NCBI GenBank assembly: GCA_024275095.1
Contig: JAJRZV010000040.1
Location: 1-27,933, forward strand
DNA length: 27,933 nucleotides
Direction: 5' to 3'
Source: a bacterium
GTDB taxonomy: Bacteria; JAJRZV01
Shown: positions 25,598 to 27,933 of the stretch, in pieces
Numbering within the stretch: position 1 is the first letter of the stretch
How the letters are laid out: each line of letters starts with the position of its first letter
Position numbers and translations under genes: made by a program
The notes under the pieces: generated by a model
What the model saw: only the letters and a program-made list of their open reading frames with translations
Databases searched by the model: none
What the model was told of the DNA's origin: nothing

Positions 25598-26744
25598 TAT
25601 TCTAAAAATAGGGCTCCAGAACAAAGCATCGGACATTCACATAAAAGCAGGTTTGCCCCCCATTTACCGCATCAACGGCAAACTTGTTCCTTTAAAGACA
25701 GACAAGCGCTTGACACCGCAGGATGTGTCTCGAATTGCTTTCAGCATTATGAACCCGGGACAAAAAGAAGAATTCAAAAAGAAATTTGAGGTGGACCTTG
25801 CCTACGGGGTGCCGGGACTTGGACGATTCAGGGTCAATGTGTTTCAGCAGAGAGGCACACTTGCCATTGTTTTTCGAGTGATTCCTTTTGGCGTTCCTTC
25901 CATGGAGGAACTGAATTTGCCGCAAACGATTGAAAAAATTGCCGATGAAGAAAGGGGCCTGATACTCGTTACAGGGACGACAGGAAGTGGAAAATCCACA
26001 ACTCTTGCCTCGATGATAGAGTGGATTAACTCGCGCAAGACAAAACACATCATCACTATTGAGGACCCCATTGAATACCTGCTTCGGGACAAGCGAAGCA
26101 TTATTTCTCAGCGCGAGATCGGAATGGATGCTCTGAGCTTTGCCAATGCACTCAGGTCCGCGTTGCGACAGGACCCGGACGTCATCCTGGTAGGTGAGAT
26201 GAGAGATTTTGAAACCATTGAGACAGCCCTTACCGCTGCGGAAACAGGACACCTTGTTCTCAGCACTCTCCATACTCTTGACGCCACTGAAACCATCAAC
26301 CGTATCGTTTCCGTTTTTCCACCTTACCAGCAGAAGCAGGTGCGGTTGCAGCTTGCATCGGTTCTCAAGGCTGTAATTTCACAGCGACTGCTTCCCCGTG
26401 CTGATGGTAAGGGCCGTGTGCCGGCTATTGAAATACTTATCAATACAGCCCTTATTCGTGAGTTGATCATTGATCCTGAACGCACACGCGAGATTCCTGA
26501 TGCTATTGCCAAAGGATACAAATCTTACGGCATGCAGACCTTTGACCAGTCCCTCATGTTTCTTTACAAGAAAGGTCTCATTACGTATGAAGTTGCCCTC
26601 AGGAATGCGTCTAACCCTGATGATTTTGCTCTTCGTGTCAAGGGCATCAGTGGCACAGGTGATGAGGCTGTGTGGGAGGATTTCGACGTCTCCGGTAGCG
26701 GAGGCAGCGGGAAAGAGAACGGTATGAAAATCGAGCGCTTCTGA
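25584..26744 (+). CDS. pilT: Type IV pilus retraction ATPase, PilT/PilU family
   Basis: [58 protein letters not shown]. Confidence 0.93.
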   Translation: MELNDILKIGLQNKASDIHIKAGLPPIYRINGKLVPLKTDKRLTPQDVSRIAFSIMNPGQKEEFKKKFEVDLAYGVPGLGRFRVNVFQQRGTLAIVFRVIPFGVPSMEELNLPQTIEKIADEERGLILVTGTTGSGKSTTLASMIEWINSRKTKHIITIEDPIEYLLRDKRSIISQREIGMDALSFANALRSALRQDPDVILVGEMRDFETIETALTAAETGHLVLSTLHTLDATETINRIVSVFPPYQQKQVRLQLASVLKAVISQRLLPRADGKGRVPAIEILINTALIRELIIDPERTREIPDAIAKGYKSYGMQTFDQSLMFLYKKGLITYEVALRNASNPDDFALRVKGISGTGDEAVWEDFDVSGSGGSGKENGMKIERF

Positions 26745-26745
26745 A

Positions 26746-27387
26746 TTGGGGTTGATTCGAACATACGTTTTTCTATCCACACTGTTGCTTTATCCTCTTC
26801 CGGCGTGGAAAATAGCGGACCTTGCCGTGAAGAAACTTCCGCGTATGAAGCAGTTTCAGTTTCAATATCGCGGTCAATTGTGTAATGGAACCGACTGTAC
26901 CACGCCGGTTCCCTGCGTATTCAGGGTAAAAGATAACCGTGCTGTTCTCAGGTGTGAATCATTTAAAGAGGTTTACACTGTTCCCCGAGAGAAAGGTGAA
27001 TTTCCACAACCCCTGACTCTCGTCCATTTTCAAAATTGCATTTCGCTTGCAACAGCATATCTTGCGGAGCTGGCCCGTGTAAAAAAATACGAACAACTCA
27101 CCGCGTTTATGATGTCAGCGGGTATTGACACGGAGGCCTCGGGTGTGACGCGCTGGGGAAATGATATTGCTGTTACTGTGGGTGCTGAAAGTGAAGATTC
27201 ATCTGTTTCTCAGATGTGGTTTCATCAGGAAGAGCACGTGCCCTTGCTCTTCCGAACACAACTTTCCTCCTCGTTGAAATGTGAGGTTCGTACTTCCCGG
27301 TATGTGCGCGCAGGCAGGCGCGGCCTGTTTCCGTCGGACGTGGCCGTTTATTCCAACGGGACACTTGTGCTCCACCTTAAACAATAA
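26746..27387 (+). CDS. Hypothetical exported protein, beta-rich
   Basis: 213-codon ORF starting 1 nt after the pilT stop (TTG start); N-terminal hydrophobic stretch resembling a signal peptide. Confidence 0.65.
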   Translation: MGLIRTYVFLSTLLLYPLPAWKIADLAVKKLPRMKQFQFQYRGQLCNGTDCTTPVPCVFRVKDNRAVLRCESFKEVYTVPREKGEFPQPLTLVHFQNCISLATAYLAELARVKKYEQLTAFMMSAGIDTEASGVTRWGNDIAVTVGAESEDSSVSQMWFHQEEHVPLLFRTQLSSSLKCEVRTSRYVRAGRRGLFPSDVAVYSNGTLVLHLKQ

Positions 27388-27403
27388 ATTGCGGCGCAAA
27401 TCC

Positions 27404-27434
27404 TTGACACTCGGCCTCACCACTCGGTTAAAAT
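27404..27434 (+). promoter_or_regulatory. Candidate sigma70 promoter with 19-bp spacer
   Basis: TTGACA (27404-27409), N19, TAAAAT (27429-27434), upstream of RBS GAGGAGG and ATG 27468. Confidence 0.5.
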
Positions 27435-27467
27435 GAAAAAACAAAATCCATAGTAGAGGAGGTTGCA

Positions 27468-27933
27468 ATGAGGAGAGGGAGGAATGTAATTGTTGCGGGG
27501 ATTATGGTTGCTCTCACGGGATTGGCAGGAATGGGATGCAACGGGGGAGGTGGTGAATTTAAACCGGAAGAGGCACTGACCACATGTAACAGTGTGCTCA
27601 CCAATCTCAGCACTGTATGCGCGGAGTGTAAAAGCGAACGTGACTCGGTGATTGCTGATACGCGGACATGCTATCAAAACAGCATTGAAAAAACAGATGA
27701 TCCAGTTTATCAGGCGAAATTTCGATGGGGCATCGTGATGGCTGATGTTCTGGAACTCGTGCAGATGGTTAACGCAGCCTTGCAGACGATCAGGAGCCTT
27801 CCCGTTTCCCTCGGGCCTCCTGACCTTGCTCCCCTTGCAACGCAGTGCCCTTCAGGATACTACGATGTGCCCGGTCTTATTAATTTTGTAGGCCTTGATT
27901 TTGAGCGCATCAGCGAACTGCTTTCAGATATAG
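27468..27933 (+). CDS. Hypothetical Cys-rich lipoprotein (3' truncated; absent from the ORF track)
   Basis: Strong RBS GAGGAGG before ATG 27468. Manual translation is open for 155 codons to the window end: MRRGRNVIVAGIMVALTGLAGMGC-NGGGGEFKPEEALTTCNSVLTNLSTVCAECKSERD..., with a basic N-region, an h-region and a lipobox-like GMGC. Confidence 0.8.
   Translation, partial: MRRGRNVIVAGIMVALTGLAGMGCNGGGGEFKPEEALTTCNSVLTNLSTVCAECKSERDSVIADTRTCYQNSIEKTDDPVYQAKFRWGIVMADVLELVQMVNAALQTIRSLPVSLGPPDLAPLATQCPSGYYDVPGLINFVGLDFERISELLSDI

Noticed and set aside
24764-25636. 290-aa antisense ORF over recA
   Set aside because: It lies almost wholly opposite a highly conserved gene and has no recognisable motifs. 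Long antisense frames are a common codon-usage shadow.
25692-26273. 193-aa antisense ORF over pilT, and the many other 60-190 aa nested or antisense ORFs in the track
   Set aside because: All overlap well-supported genes and show no family motifs or convincing RBS.
1-27933. CRISPR arrays, tRNA/rRNA, IS elements, prophage or defence systems
   Set aside because: Nearly all sequence is accounted for by intact CDSs. The intergenic gaps are under 200 bp and contain no repeat-spacer arrays or cloverleaf patterns, and I see no transposase, integrase or nuclease motifs.

Overview
This is a gene-dense bacterial chromosomal window. Its gene order (alr-mlaEFD, rsmD-coaD-aminotransferase, cinA-thpR-recA-pilT) and protein families suggest a diderm, deltaproteobacteria-like organism (inference). 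From left to right: (1) the 3' part of a non-flagellar chemosensory operon (CheR-TPR, CheW, REC-DUF4388, hybrid CheA-REC, CheB), running directly into a Tat-signal small subunit plus GMC flavo-oxidoreductase pair; (2) a stand-alone radical SAM gene with the full motif set of tetraether lipid synthase (Tes/GDGT-MAS, MJ0619 family), preceded by a candidate sigma54 promoter with an upstream palindrome and followed by a strong intrinsic terminator; (3) a convergent minus-strand operon alr-mlaE-mlaF-mlaD-oppA-oppB-oppC, in which MlaD is the long form with a beta-rich C-terminus and no MlaA/B/C or OppD/F is present; (4) a long plus-strand run of Slt-TPR lipoprotein, rsmD, coaD, aminotransferase, flavin reductase, unknown membrane protein, cinA, thpR, recA, pilT and an unknown exported protein; (5) a truncated Cys-rich lipoprotein missed by the ORF track. 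I saw no rRNA, tRNA, CRISPR array or mobile element. The most interesting element is the bacterial Tes homologue, which suggests membrane-spanning lipid synthesis. All family calls come from motif recognition, not database searches.
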